In this document: in pieces, positions 32,063 to 41,400 of the stretch
Layout: each line of letters starts with the position of its first letter
Numbering within the stretch: the stretch's first letter is position 1
DNA from: an uncultured Microthrixaceae bacterium
Lineage (GTDB): Bacteria; Actinomycetota; Acidimicrobiia; Acidimicrobiales; DATDAH01
Direction: 5' to 3'
DNA length: 64,000 nt
NCBI GenBank assembly: GCA_963748285.1
Contig: CAVVIF010000009.1
Coordinates: 1,171,217 to 1,235,216, forward strand
Notes under the pieces: model-generated
What the model saw: only the letters and a program-made list of their open reading frames with translations
What the model was told of the DNA's origin: nothing
Databases searched by the model: none
Position numbers and translations under genes: made by a program

Positions 32063-33472
32063 CTACGCCCCGGACCCGATACGGGCCCGGACCTCGGTCA
32101 GCAGCTCGGGTCGTCCCTTGAGGGCCGTCCTCGTGGCTCCGCTCAGGAACTTCGGGTCGAACCGGCTCAGGGAGGACCGGAGAGCCACGACCCCGACCGC
32201 CCGCTCGGCCTCGGTGACGGCCCGCTCGGCGCCGACCTTCAGGCTGAGGGAGGTGACCAGCTCGGCCAGATCGGTTGCCATCAGCAGGTCCGACGCGGCC
32301 AGCTCGCTGAACCCGAAGTCGATCATCCAGACCGTCCCGTCCGCGGCCAGGAACACGTTCGCCAGGCGTAGGTCACGGTGGGCGATGCCATGGCGCCGGA
32401 GGATGGCCATCTGCTCCCAGATCCCCGCCAACACCTCGTCGGTGATGTTCTCCGGGTCGACACCGTCGAGGGAGCGGCCGTCGATGGCGACGTACGCCAG
32501 GACGAACCCCCCGGGCTCGGCGGCCGCGAAGGCGGCGAGTGGTGGGGTCCGCACCCCTTCGTTGGCGGCGACGAGGGCCACCAAGGCCTCGTGCTCCACG
32601 GCCCGACGGAGCGAGGAGAAGGGCCGTTCGTCACCGAGGTCCCGGGGCACGGCCGTGCGGACCAGGCGGAACAGCAGGTCAGCCTTGCGCTCGTCGGCTC
32701 CGAGGGCCTTCACGAAGAGCGCCGTGCCGTCGGTCGTGGTCCCGAAGTACGGGGTCGAGCCCCGGGCGTCGACCGAGGCCGGGTGCAGGTCGGCCAGCGC
32801 CACCCCGCTCCGGGTGAGGCCGTCGACCACGGCGGCGTGGGTGGGGCGTCGGGTGGGTGTGCCCAGCGCGGCGTCGGCGAGCGCGCCGGCCAGGGCCCCG
32901 CAGGCCAGCGCGGCCACGGTCTGCATCGACACCGGCTCGGTGAAGGCCCGGACAACGGCGAGGAGCACGACGAGCGCCCAGCCGACCCGCCGCTGACGGC
33001 GTTCGAACCAGGGCACCCCTGCGGCCACTGCGCCGGTGACCGCCGCCAGGCCGGCGGCGGTCGGGAAGCCGGAGTCGCCCAGGAACCCGAGGAGCTCGTC
33101 GGTGCTGGTCACCGCCGGCGCGCTGGCATCCAGCAGGCCGTCGACCAGCAGGATCAATCCGGCGCCCACCACCGCGCCCGCGGTCGCGGTGGCCAGGAAG
33201 CGCCAGTGCCCTCGGAGCGTGGCGGAGACCAAGCCGACGCCGAGCACCCCCAGGGTGGCCACCCGGGCCAGCGCGGCGACGACGGGGACCACGTCCTCGT
33301 CGAGGGTGCGGAAGCCCGCCAGCAGATCGGAGATGAAGGCGACGAGATCGTCGCCGAACAGGCGGTCGACCAGCAGGATCAGGAGCAGGGCGACGGCGCT
33401 GGTGACGATGCGCAGGGCGTCCACCGGGGACCATCGCTCCAGGGCGGCAGCCGGCGAATCGGACATGAGCAC
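32063..33472 (-). CDS. Membrane-bound protein-kinase-like (RIO/KDO/APH-type) protein
   Basis: Several N-terminal TMs, LFVKAL, VEHEAL, HRDLRLANVF, IDFG. Confidence 0.85.
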   Translation of the reverse strand: MLMSDSPAAALERWSPVDALRIVTSAVALLLILLVDRLFGDDLVAFISDLLAGFRTLDEDVVPVVAALARVATLGVLGVGLVSATLRGHWRFLATATAGAVVGAGLILLVDGLLDASAPAVTSTDELLGFLGDSGFPTAAGLAAVTGAVAAGVPWFERRQRRVGWALVVLLAVVRAFTEPVSMQTVAALACGALAGALADAALGTPTRRPTHAAVVDGLTRSGVALADLHPASVDARGSTPYFGTTTDGTALFVKALGADERKADLLFRLVRTAVPRDLGDERPFSSLRRAVEHEALVALVAANEGVRTPPLAAFAAAEPGGFVLAYVAIDGRSLDGVDPENITDEVLAGIWEQMAILRRHGIAHRDLRLANVFLAADGTVWMIDFGFSELAASDLLMATDLAELVTSLSLKVGAERAVTEAERAVGVVALRSSLSRFDPKFLSGATRTALKGRPELLTEVRARIGSGA

Positions 33473-33543
33473 CCTTCCTGCTCGCGGGACGATCCGACGA
33501 GTTCGACGCGTAGGTTAGGAGGCGCTCGGGAAGGGGAACGCGA

Positions 33544-34641
33544 TCAGCCGGCCAGGGCGGAGAGCACGGCGTCGTACCGGGGGGCCACGACGGACCAGTC
33601 ATGGCGGCGCATGGACCGGGCGAGGCCGTCGACCCTCGCTCGAGCCGCAGGCAGGTCGGTCAGCACGGCCCGCAGCCGATCGCGCAGCTCGCCCTCCTGG
33701 TACAGGACGGCCTGGTGCCATCGCGCAGGGACGATCTCGGGGTAGCTCAGACGGTCCGGCAGGAGGGGCACACAGCCCGCGGCCATGGCCTCGACGGCGG
33801 CGATGCCGAAGGTCTCGTGCTCAGCCGTGCTCACCGTCACGTCCGAGCTCGCCAGCAACCGGTGGTACCCCTCCCGGTCGAGCACACCGACGTGCACGAC
33901 CCGGTCGCCGAGGCGCCGCGGATCCGGTCGAACTCCTGGGGGTCGAACCGGAGGTTCTCCCCCGCCAGGGCGAGGCGGAAGGCCACGCCCTCGTCGGCCA
34001 GGTGGTGCAGGGCTGAGAACAGCCGGTCCGGGTCGCTTCTCGTGGTCCCAACGGTGGTTCCAGACCACGAGGGGATCTCCAGGCGGGGCGTGGCCGTCGG
34101 GCTCGATCCCGCCCAGATCGACCCCGACCGACAGCACCTGGCAGCGCCCGAGGACCCCGTCGAGGCGGTGGGCGTGACCGTGGTCCAAGGCCCGGCCGAG
34201 GAGGACCGGCAGGGCGACCCGCAGGTCGGCCAGCTGGGCCTCGGAGTTGACCAGGACCGCGTCGGCCACCGCCATCGAGAGCCAGTTGGCCAACGCCAGG
34301 CCCTCGTCGGGCCGGTCGCGGGGGCCGACGGGGTGGGTCAGCTGGTTCTCGTGGATGTAGAGGGCGACGGCCGGGTCCCCGATGTCCCGGCGCAGGAAGC
34401 CGAGGAGGGCCGGGAGGTGGACCATGTCGCTGACCAGGAGGACGTCGGGCGGGCCGTGCTCGGCCACTACGCCGGACACCGCCTCGGCCAACGTCAGGGC
34501 CGAGGCCCGCAGGCGCCACCGCCAGTATGCGGCGTCGTGGGTCACCAGGTGGATCTCGTGACCGGAGTGGGCCACGAGGCCGTCGGCCCACGCCCGGTGC
34601 GAACCTCCGTAGTACGGCTCCACGAGCACGACCCTGGCCAC
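33544..34641 (-). CDS. GT4 glycosyltransferase, DUF3524/GTDC1 (QTMAN-like)
   Basis: EPYYGGSH, W.WR, YIHENQL, WNHRWDHEK, STAEHETFGIA..EA, RLSYPE; compensated frameshift at about 33915-34035. Confidence 0.85.
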   Translation of the reverse strand: MARVVLVEPYYGGSHRAWADGLVAHSGHEIHLVTHDAAYWRWRLRASALTLAEAVSGVVAEHGPPDVLLVSDMVHLPALLGFLRRDIGDPAVALYIHENQLTHPVGPRDRPDEGLALANWLSMAVADAVLVNSEAQLADLRVALPVLLGRALDHGHAHRLDGVLGRCQVLSVGVDLGGIEPDGHAPPGDPLVVWNHRWDHEKRPGPAVLSPAPPGRRGRGLPPRPGGGEPPVRPPGVRPDPRRLGDRVVHVGVLDREGYHRLLASSDVTVSTAEHETFGIAAVEAMAAGCVPLLPDRLSYPEIVPARWHQAVLYQEGELRDRLRAVLTDLPAARARVDGLARSMRRHDWSVVAPRYDAVLSALAG

Positions 34642-34724
34642 CTCCCGATCCTGCCCGCTGACGGGCGCATCGACCGCACCCCGTCGCCGGATCCGCGTCC
34701 GCCCGAACCGTAAGCTCCCCGGCG

Positions 34725-37167
34725 ATGGGTCTCGAACCGGCGTCGAGCCACGACGACGGTCCTGACCCGACGACACCCGTCCTGGCCGCCGTGGCCCCCC
34801 AGCGCTGGGCGCCCTCGTTCTTCGGAGTGGTCCCCCGGGGCAGCGTGCGCCGTCGGCCCAGCGATGCGCTCCACCTCCTCGCCGCCCTCGGCGTGGTGCT
34901 GGGCTGCATCGTGGTGACCGACGGGTTCGCGGCCCACGACGACTCCTTGTACGCCTGGCTGGGCGACCTCCCGGAGTGGCTCGCCGCCGCTCGGGACGGC
35001 GCTCTACCTGGCCTGCACCGTCGGGGCCGTGGCCGTGATGGTCCTCGCCCTGGTGCTGACCCGCAACCTCAGGTTGGCCACGGCCCTCGTCGGGGTGGGC
35101 GGGGTCGCCGGGGCCACGGCGATCACGTTCGTCGAGGTGACGGACCTGGACGCGGTGCGCCGTGCCTCCGACGTCGACCCCTCGCTGCCCGCCGGGGCGA
35201 TCGCCTGGTTGACGGTCGCCACCGCGGTGCTGCTCGCGGCCGCGCCCTACCTGGTCCGTCCGGTCCGGCAGTTCGTCCGCGTCCGTCCAGGGCCTGGCGC
35301 TGCTCGGGGCCCTGCTGGCCGCCGTCGGCCCCCTGCCCTCGGTCCTGGCCGCCGTCGGCCTCGGCTGGGCCGTCTCCGCCGCCACCAGCCTGGTCATCGG
35401 GACCCCGCGGGCGACCCCCGACGCTGTCGTCGGTCCGGCGCACCCTCGACGACCTGGGGATCGCCATCGACCACCTGGACATCGCCGAACGTCAGACCCT
35501 GGGCGAGACGAGGTTCGTGGGGCGGGCGCCCGACGGGGCCCCGGCGTCGGTCGTGGTCATCGGCCGCGACGCCGCCGACGCCCGTCTGCTCAGCAAGCTG
35601 GGGCGCGCCGTGGTCTTCCACGACGCCGGGCCGTCCGTCTCGGTGACCCGGTCGGCCCAGCTGGAGCACCGGGCCTACCTGCTGCTCATGGCGGCCAAGG
35701 CCGGCGTTCCCGTGAGCGAGGTGGTCACGACGGCCACCGGCGGCACCGAGGACCTCGCGCTCCTCGCCCTGCTCGAGCCCGGTGGGCGTGCCCCTGTCGG
35801 ACCTCGACGGCGACGGGGTCCAGGACCCGACCCTCGACGACGTGTGGCGGAACCTCGGTCGGCTCCACGCCGCCCGCCTCTCCCACGGTCAAGCGGTGGC
35901 CGACAACGTCCTGGTCCTCGCCGACGGCTCCACCGCGCTGGCCGACTTCTCCCGCGGATCGACCGGTGCCCCGCCGGAACGCTGTGCCCTCGACCGGGTC
36001 GACCTGCTGGCCTCCAGCGCCACCATCGTGGGCGACGAGCGCGCCCTCGCCGCCGCCCTCCGCTCCATCGGCCCCGACGGGCCTGATGGACCTCCTGCCG
36101 CTGATGGAGACCCCCGCCCTCTCCCCTGCCGCCCGGCGCGCCGTGCCCGAGGCCAAGAAGCGCCTGAAGGCCCTCCGCGAGGCGGGCGCCGCGCTCTGCG
36201 GCCAGGAGGTGCCCGGAGCTGACCGAGCTGCGCCGGGTGTACGCCCAGCAGCATCCTCATGGCGGCGGCCACGTTCCTCGGCTTCTACCTCATCGTCGCC
36301 CAGTTCGCCGGCGTCGACCTCTGGGCCACCCTCTCGGAGGCCGACTGGTACTGGGTCGTCGTGGCGGCCCTGCTGTCGTTCCTGCCCCAGTTCTCCGGGT
36401 CGGTCGCCCTGATGGGCGCGGTGAACGCCCCGCTGCCCTTCCGGCCGGTGCTGGCCGAGCAGTTCGCCAACAACTTCACCGGCCTCATCGGCGGGACCGT
36501 CGCCACCACCGCCCTCGTGATCCGCTTCTTCCAGAAGCAGGGCCTCAAGGTCGCCGTCGCCGCCAGCTCCGGCGGTCATGAACTCCCTGGCCAGCGGGAT
36601 CGTCCAGGTCGTGCTGGTCGTCGTCGGCCTGGCGTTCACCAGCACCCAGTTCGTTCCGTCCGTCGGCGGGCGGCAGCGACATCGGCCGACTCGTCCTCCT
36701 CGCGATCGTCGTGGTCGGCGTGGCCGTCTCCGTCGCCCTCCTCGTGCCCAAGCTGCGGGCCGCCCTTCGGCGCAGCGTCGCAACCACAGGTGGCCGCCGC
36801 CAAGGCGAACCTGCACGGCATCCTCACCACGCCCCGCAAGGCGCTGATGATCTTCGGCGGCAACCTCTGCTCCCAGGTGGCCTACGCGCTGGTCATCGAC
36901 GCCGCGCTCCGGGCCTACGGCACGCCCCTGCCACTCCTCCAGATCATCGTGATCAACTCCCTCGCCTCGGTGTTCGGGGGCGTCGCCCCGGTCCCGGGCG
37001 GCATGGGGGTCATCGAGGCCGGGCTCATCGCGGGCATGACCGCCGCCGGCGTCCCGCAGTCCGAGGCCGTCGCCGCCACCTTCACCGCCCGCCTCTTCAC
37101 CGCCTACCTCCCCCCGATCTGGGGGTGGGTGGCGCTGCAGTGGCTGCGCCGCCGGGACTACGTCTGA
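34725..37167 (+). CDS. Second TM + pseudokinase + LPG-synthase/flippase-like protein (multiple frameshifts)
   Basis: Paralog of the 29004 gene: RRRPSD, LEHRAY, RFFQKQG, PVPGGMGVIEAGL, WLRRRDYV. Confidence 0.78.
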
Positions 37168-37179
37168 CCCGGGTCGGGC

Positions 37180-38275
37180 TCAGGCGGGACGACGGGGGAC
37201 CCGCGGCCCGATGCCGCAGGTGATCTCGTAGCCGATGGTGCCGAGGGCGGCGGCCCATTCGGTCGCCCGCACCTCCTCGTCGCCCTGCCGGCCGAGGAGG
37301 ACGACCTCGTCGCCCACCGCCACGGGGTCGTCGCCACAGTCGACCATGAGCTGGTCCATGGTCACCACGCCCACCATCGGCCGGCGGCGACCGCCGATCA
37401 GGACCTCCTGGTGCAGGAGCCCGAGCCGGCGTCGGACGCCGTCGGCGTAGCCGATCGGCACGGTGGCCACGGTGGTGCCCCGGTCGAAGGTGTGGTGGAG
37501 GCCGTAGGAGACCCCGTCCCCCGCCGCCACCCGCTTCACGAAGCTGACCTCGGACCGGAGGTGCAGGGCCGGTCGCAACGGCAACGCCCCCGCCAGCGCC
37601 GGCGAGGGGTCCACCCCGTAGACGGCGATGCCGCACCGCACCAGGGACCGGCGGGCCGCCGGGTGGGCGATGGCCCCGGCGGAGTTGGCCGCATGGACCA
37701 ACGGCACCTCGATCCCGGCCGCGGCCAGCTCGGCCAGGACCGCGTCGAGCCGATCGAGCTGCTCGCCGGTGAAGGCCCGCTCGGGCTCGTCGGCCACCGC
37801 ACAGTGGGTCCACACCGCCTCGAGCTCGAGGGCGGGGTCGCTCGACCACGGTCCGGGCCAGGCCCAGGACCTCGCCGGGGGCCGCCCCGACCCGGTGCAT
37901 GCCGGTGTCGACCTTGAGGTGGAGGCGCAGCGGGGCGCCCGTGGCCGCCGCTGCGGCGATGCCGACGGGGCTGTACACGGTGGCCCGGAGGTCCAGTGCC
38001 GCCACGTCGGCGAACTCTCCCGGCCGGGCCTCGGACAGCAGCAGGACCGGGGCGTCGATGCCGGCCGCCCGGAGGGGGGCGGCCTCCTCGACCAACGCCA
38101 CGGCCAGCCAGGTCGCGCCCGCCTCCAATGCGGCGGCGGCCACGGGCACCGCGCCATGGCCGTAGCCGTCGGCCTTCACCACCACGCAGACCTCGGCCGG
38201 CGCGACCCGCTCGACCAGCAGGCCCACGTTGTGGGCCACCGCGTCGAGGTCGACCTCGGCCCAGGTGGGTCGCAT
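37180..38275 (-). CDS. alr: Alanine racemase (frameshift near 37845)
   Basis: VVKADGYGHG, HLKVDTGMHRVG, HAANS, VSYG, IGYADG, MDQ. Confidence 0.95.
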
Positions 38276-38286
38276 GCGACCCTGGC

Positions 38287-38763
38287 CTACCCCTCGGTGC
38301 TGGGGCCGACGATGGCGCGGAGGATGTCGCCCCGGGCGATGATCCCGACCAGACGGCCGTCCTCGACCACCGGTACCCGGGAGATGTCGTTGTCGTGCAT
38401 GAGCGTGGCCACGGTCTCGACGGTGTCGTCCGGCCCGCAGGTCACCGGCTCCGGCGACATGGCGTCCTCGACGTCGACGGCGACGGCCTGCTCCAGCTCG
38501 TGCTCGAAGCGCTTCCGGCTGCCCGGCAGCTCGATCAGGCCCCCGAGGATGTTGATCACCGTCGGGTAGTGGAGCTGGGACTCCTGGACGATCAGGTCGC
38601 CGGTGGAGAGCATCCCGACGACCTTGCCGGCGGCGTCGACGACCGGGCCGGCATCGACGCCGTTGTCCACCAGGCGCTGCATGGCCTCGGTGATCGGCTC
38701 GTCGGGGGCGAAGGTGACCACCTCGGTGGTCATCACGTCACGGGCGGGGACGTCGCGGGGCAT
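38287..38763 (-). CDS. CBS domain-containing protein
   Basis: Two CBS repeats (PVVD..GKVVGMLS; VPVVEDGRLVGII.RGD). Confidence 0.9.
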   Translation of the reverse strand: MPRDVPARDVMTTEVVTFAPDEPITEAMQRLVDNGVDAGPVVDAAGKVVGMLSTGDLIVQESQLHYPTVINILGGLIELPGSRKRFEHELEQAVAVDVEDAMSPEPVTCGPDDTVETVATLMHDNDISRVPVVEDGRLVGIIARGDILRAIVGPSTEG

Positions 38764-38766
38764 GGA

Positions 38767-40122
38767 TCACTCCTGGAGCAGGTCGATGGCGATGGGGAGC
38801 CGGTCGATCAGGTCACTGGCGACCAGGCCGTGCCGCCAGCCTACGGCTCCGGCCCTTCCGTGGAGGAAGGCGGCGCCCCCCGCCGCCTGCCCGGGGGACG
38901 CCCCACCGGCCAGGAACGCCGCCAGCAGGCCGGTCAGCACGTCGCCGGTCCCCGCAGTGGCCAGCCGGGCGTCACCGGTCGTGGTCACCCGCACCGCACC
39001 GTCCGGGTCGGCCACGATCGTGGCCGGGCCCTTGAGCAGCACCACGGCCCCCGTCGCGGCCGCCAGCGCCCGCACGGCGCCGATCCGATCCGGGCCGGGC
39101 CCGGCCCCCGACAGGCGGGCGAACTCCCCCTCGTGCGGGGTGAGGACGGCGGGCACCGTTCGTCCCGCGGTCACCTCGGCCACGGTGTCCCCCAGTGCGG
39201 TGAGTGCCGTCGCCGTCGACCACGACCGGACCCGGCCAGGCCGCGACGAGGGCCCGGACCTGGGCCACCGTGTCGCCCGCCGTACCGAGGCCGGGGCCGA
39301 TCGCCGAGCGCGCCGTACCGATCGGCATCGGCCAGCACGGCGTCGGCCCAGCCCGACGTCGGTACCGGGCGGCCCACGACCTCGGTGGGCGTGCGCAGGT
39401 CGTCGTCGACCCCGGGGGTGGACAGCGTCACGTAGCCCGCGCCGCCTCGGAAGGCGGCGGCCGACGCGAGGTGGGCGGCGCCGGTCATCCCGGGCGAGCC
39501 CGCGACCACCCGGACCGCGGCCTGCCACTTGTGCCCGGTCACCTCCCGGCGCGGCAGCCAGCCGAGGACGTCGGCCGCCTCGACGACATGGGTCCGGGCC
39601 GCGGACACGTCGAGGCCGATGTCGGCCACCTCGACCTGCCCGGCCAGCCCGGCCCCCGGGGCCAGCAGGAGGCCCGGCTTGAGGGCGGCGAAGGTGACGG
39701 TGTGGCCCGCGGGCAGGACCGGGCCGTCGGCCGCTCCCGTCAGGCCGTCCACCCCCGAGGGGATGTCGACGGCCAGTACACGGGCGTCGGTGGCCGGGGC
39801 GGGCCAGCTCCCCCGGAACCCGGTGCCGTACGCCGCATCGATGACCAGGTCGCACGCCGGCAGCGGATCGGGAGGGTCGGCCGCGTCCACCACCTGCACC
39901 CGGACGCCCCGACGGGTCAACCGACGGGCCGCATCGCGCCCGTCGTTGCCGTTGTTGCCCTTGCCCGCGACGACCACCACGCGGCGCCCGTAGGTCCCGC
40001 CCAGCAGGCGGACCGCGGCGACGGGCCACCGCGCTCCCGGCGCGCCCGATGAGCACCTCGACCGGCTCGGCTGCGGCCGCGTCGATCGCCCCCATCTCCT
40101 GCGGCGTCACGACCGGGATCAC
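38767..40122 (-). CDS. nnr: Bifunctional NAD(P)H-hydrate epimerase/dehydratase (frameshifts)
   Basis: GKGNNGNDG, DAAYGTG, AVDIPSG, AGSPGMTGA, IGPGLG, LTPHEGEF, ATAGTGDVL spread across three frames. Confidence 0.9.
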   Translation of the reverse strand: MIPVVTPQEMGAIDAAAAEPVEVLIGRAGSAVARRRGPPAGRDLRAPRGGRRGQGQQRQRRARCGPSVDPSGRPGAGGGRGRPSRSAAGVRPGHRCGVRHRVPGELARPGHRRPCTGRRHPLGGGRPDGSGRRPGPARGPHRHLRRPQAGPPAGPGGRAGRAGRGGRHRPRRVRGPDPCRRGGRRPRLAAAPGGDRAQVAGRGPGGRGLARDDRRRPPRVGRRLPRRRGLRDAVHPRGRRRPAHAHRGRGPPGTDVGLGRRRAGRCRSVRRARRSAPASVRRATRWPRSGPSSRPGRVRSWSTATALTALGDTVAEVTAGRTVPAVLTPHEGEFARLSGAGPGPDRIGAVRALAAATGAVVLLKGPATIVADPDGAVRVTTTGDARLATAGTGDVLTGLLAAFLAGGASPGQAAGGAAFLHGRAGAVGWRHGLVASDLIDRLPIAIDLLQE

Positions 40123-40214
40123 CTCGTGATGATGCCCCACGCCGGGCTGGATCGGACCGGATCCCGGGGCGACCGGTCGAACCCCTTCCGCCTCGGGTCG
40201 GTCATACTGGCTCC

Positions 40215-41394
40215 GTGACGGTCGGCGACTGGATCGCCGTCGTCGGTGGATCGCTCCTCGTCGGCACCGTCCTGGCCTCCGCGCTGCGGACCGTGGTCCT
40301 CCCCCAGGGCGGCCTCACCGGCATCACCCGGTTCGTCTTCGCGTCCGCCGACCGCATCTTCACCAGCGCGGGGAGCAGGCGGCCGCATGCCCGAACGGCT
40401 CGCCCCCCTGTACGCCGCCGGCTGCCCTGGTGTCGCTGCCGTTCGCGTGGTGCATGCTCATCGCCGTCGGCTTCGCCCTGATCTTCTGGGGCCTGCGGCG
40501 TGGGCAGCATCGGCGATGCCTGGGTGACCAGCGGCTCCTCGCTGTTCACGCTCGGGTTCGCCCGAGCCGGACGGCACCGGCCTGATCTGGCTGACGTTCG
40601 TCGAGGCCACCATCGGCCTCGGCATCGTGGCCCTGCTCATCAGCTACCTGCCGACGCTCTACACCGCGTACAGCGCCCGGGAGCAGGGCGTCGGCATGCT
40701 GTCGCCGATCACGGGCTCGCCACCCTCAGCCCGCCAACTCCTCCGTCGCCTGCGACGCGGCCAACGCGCTCGCCGGGCACCGGGCATCTGGGGCCAGACC
40801 GTCGGCGCTGGTTCGTCGCCATCACCAGAGCCACACTGCCTTCCCCGCCCTGTCCCGCTTCCCGCCCCGCAGGACGAGACGCAGTCGTGGGTGGCCACCG
40901 CCGGCACGGTGCTCGACGGCGCCGCTCTCATGCTCGCCGCGGTCGGCCACCCGCTCGTCGACGGGGTCGACGGGGTCGACGAGCGGGACCGCCGCAACGA
41001 GCTCGGACCGCTGGTCCTGACCCTCGCCCACGGCAGCCCGGCGTTGGTCGGCATCGCGGCGGCCGCCGGTCTCGCCGTCGACGACGACCCCCCGACCCTC
41101 CTGGAGCTCGTCGGTGGCCTCAAGCAAGTCGGCCCGAGCCGATCTCCGATCGACCGGAAGGAGTACGACGAGACCGTGGCCTGGCTGGTGCACGCCGGGG
41201 TGATCGCACCGGTCGACGACGCCGATCGAGCGTGGGAGCACTTCCGGCAGATCCGGAGCTCCTACGACACCGCCCTGCGAGGCCTGGCCGGCCTGACCCA
41301 CGCGCCGCCCGCCCCGTGGTCGACCGATCGGGCGCTGCTCGTGGGGCGCCCACGGTTCTTCAGCCACCGGCCCGTGGCCATGCAGGAGCCCTGA
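40215..41394 (+). CDS. Hypothetical membrane protein with channel pore-like segment (frameshifts)
   Basis: N-terminal TMs, SGSSLFTLGF, EATIGLGIVALLISYLPTLY.AYS.RE, soluble C-terminal domain. Confidence 0.65.
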
Positions 41395-41400
41395 TCGGGC

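Noticed and set aside
33544-35397. 617-aa extended glycosyltransferase
   Set aside because: The N-terminal 250 aa are antisense to the 34725 gene; the likely start is GTG at 34641 with a GGGAG RBS
40957-40983. 9-bp tandem repeat GTCGACGGG (about three copies)
   Set aside because: In-frame low-complexity VDG linker; too short to indicate phase variation
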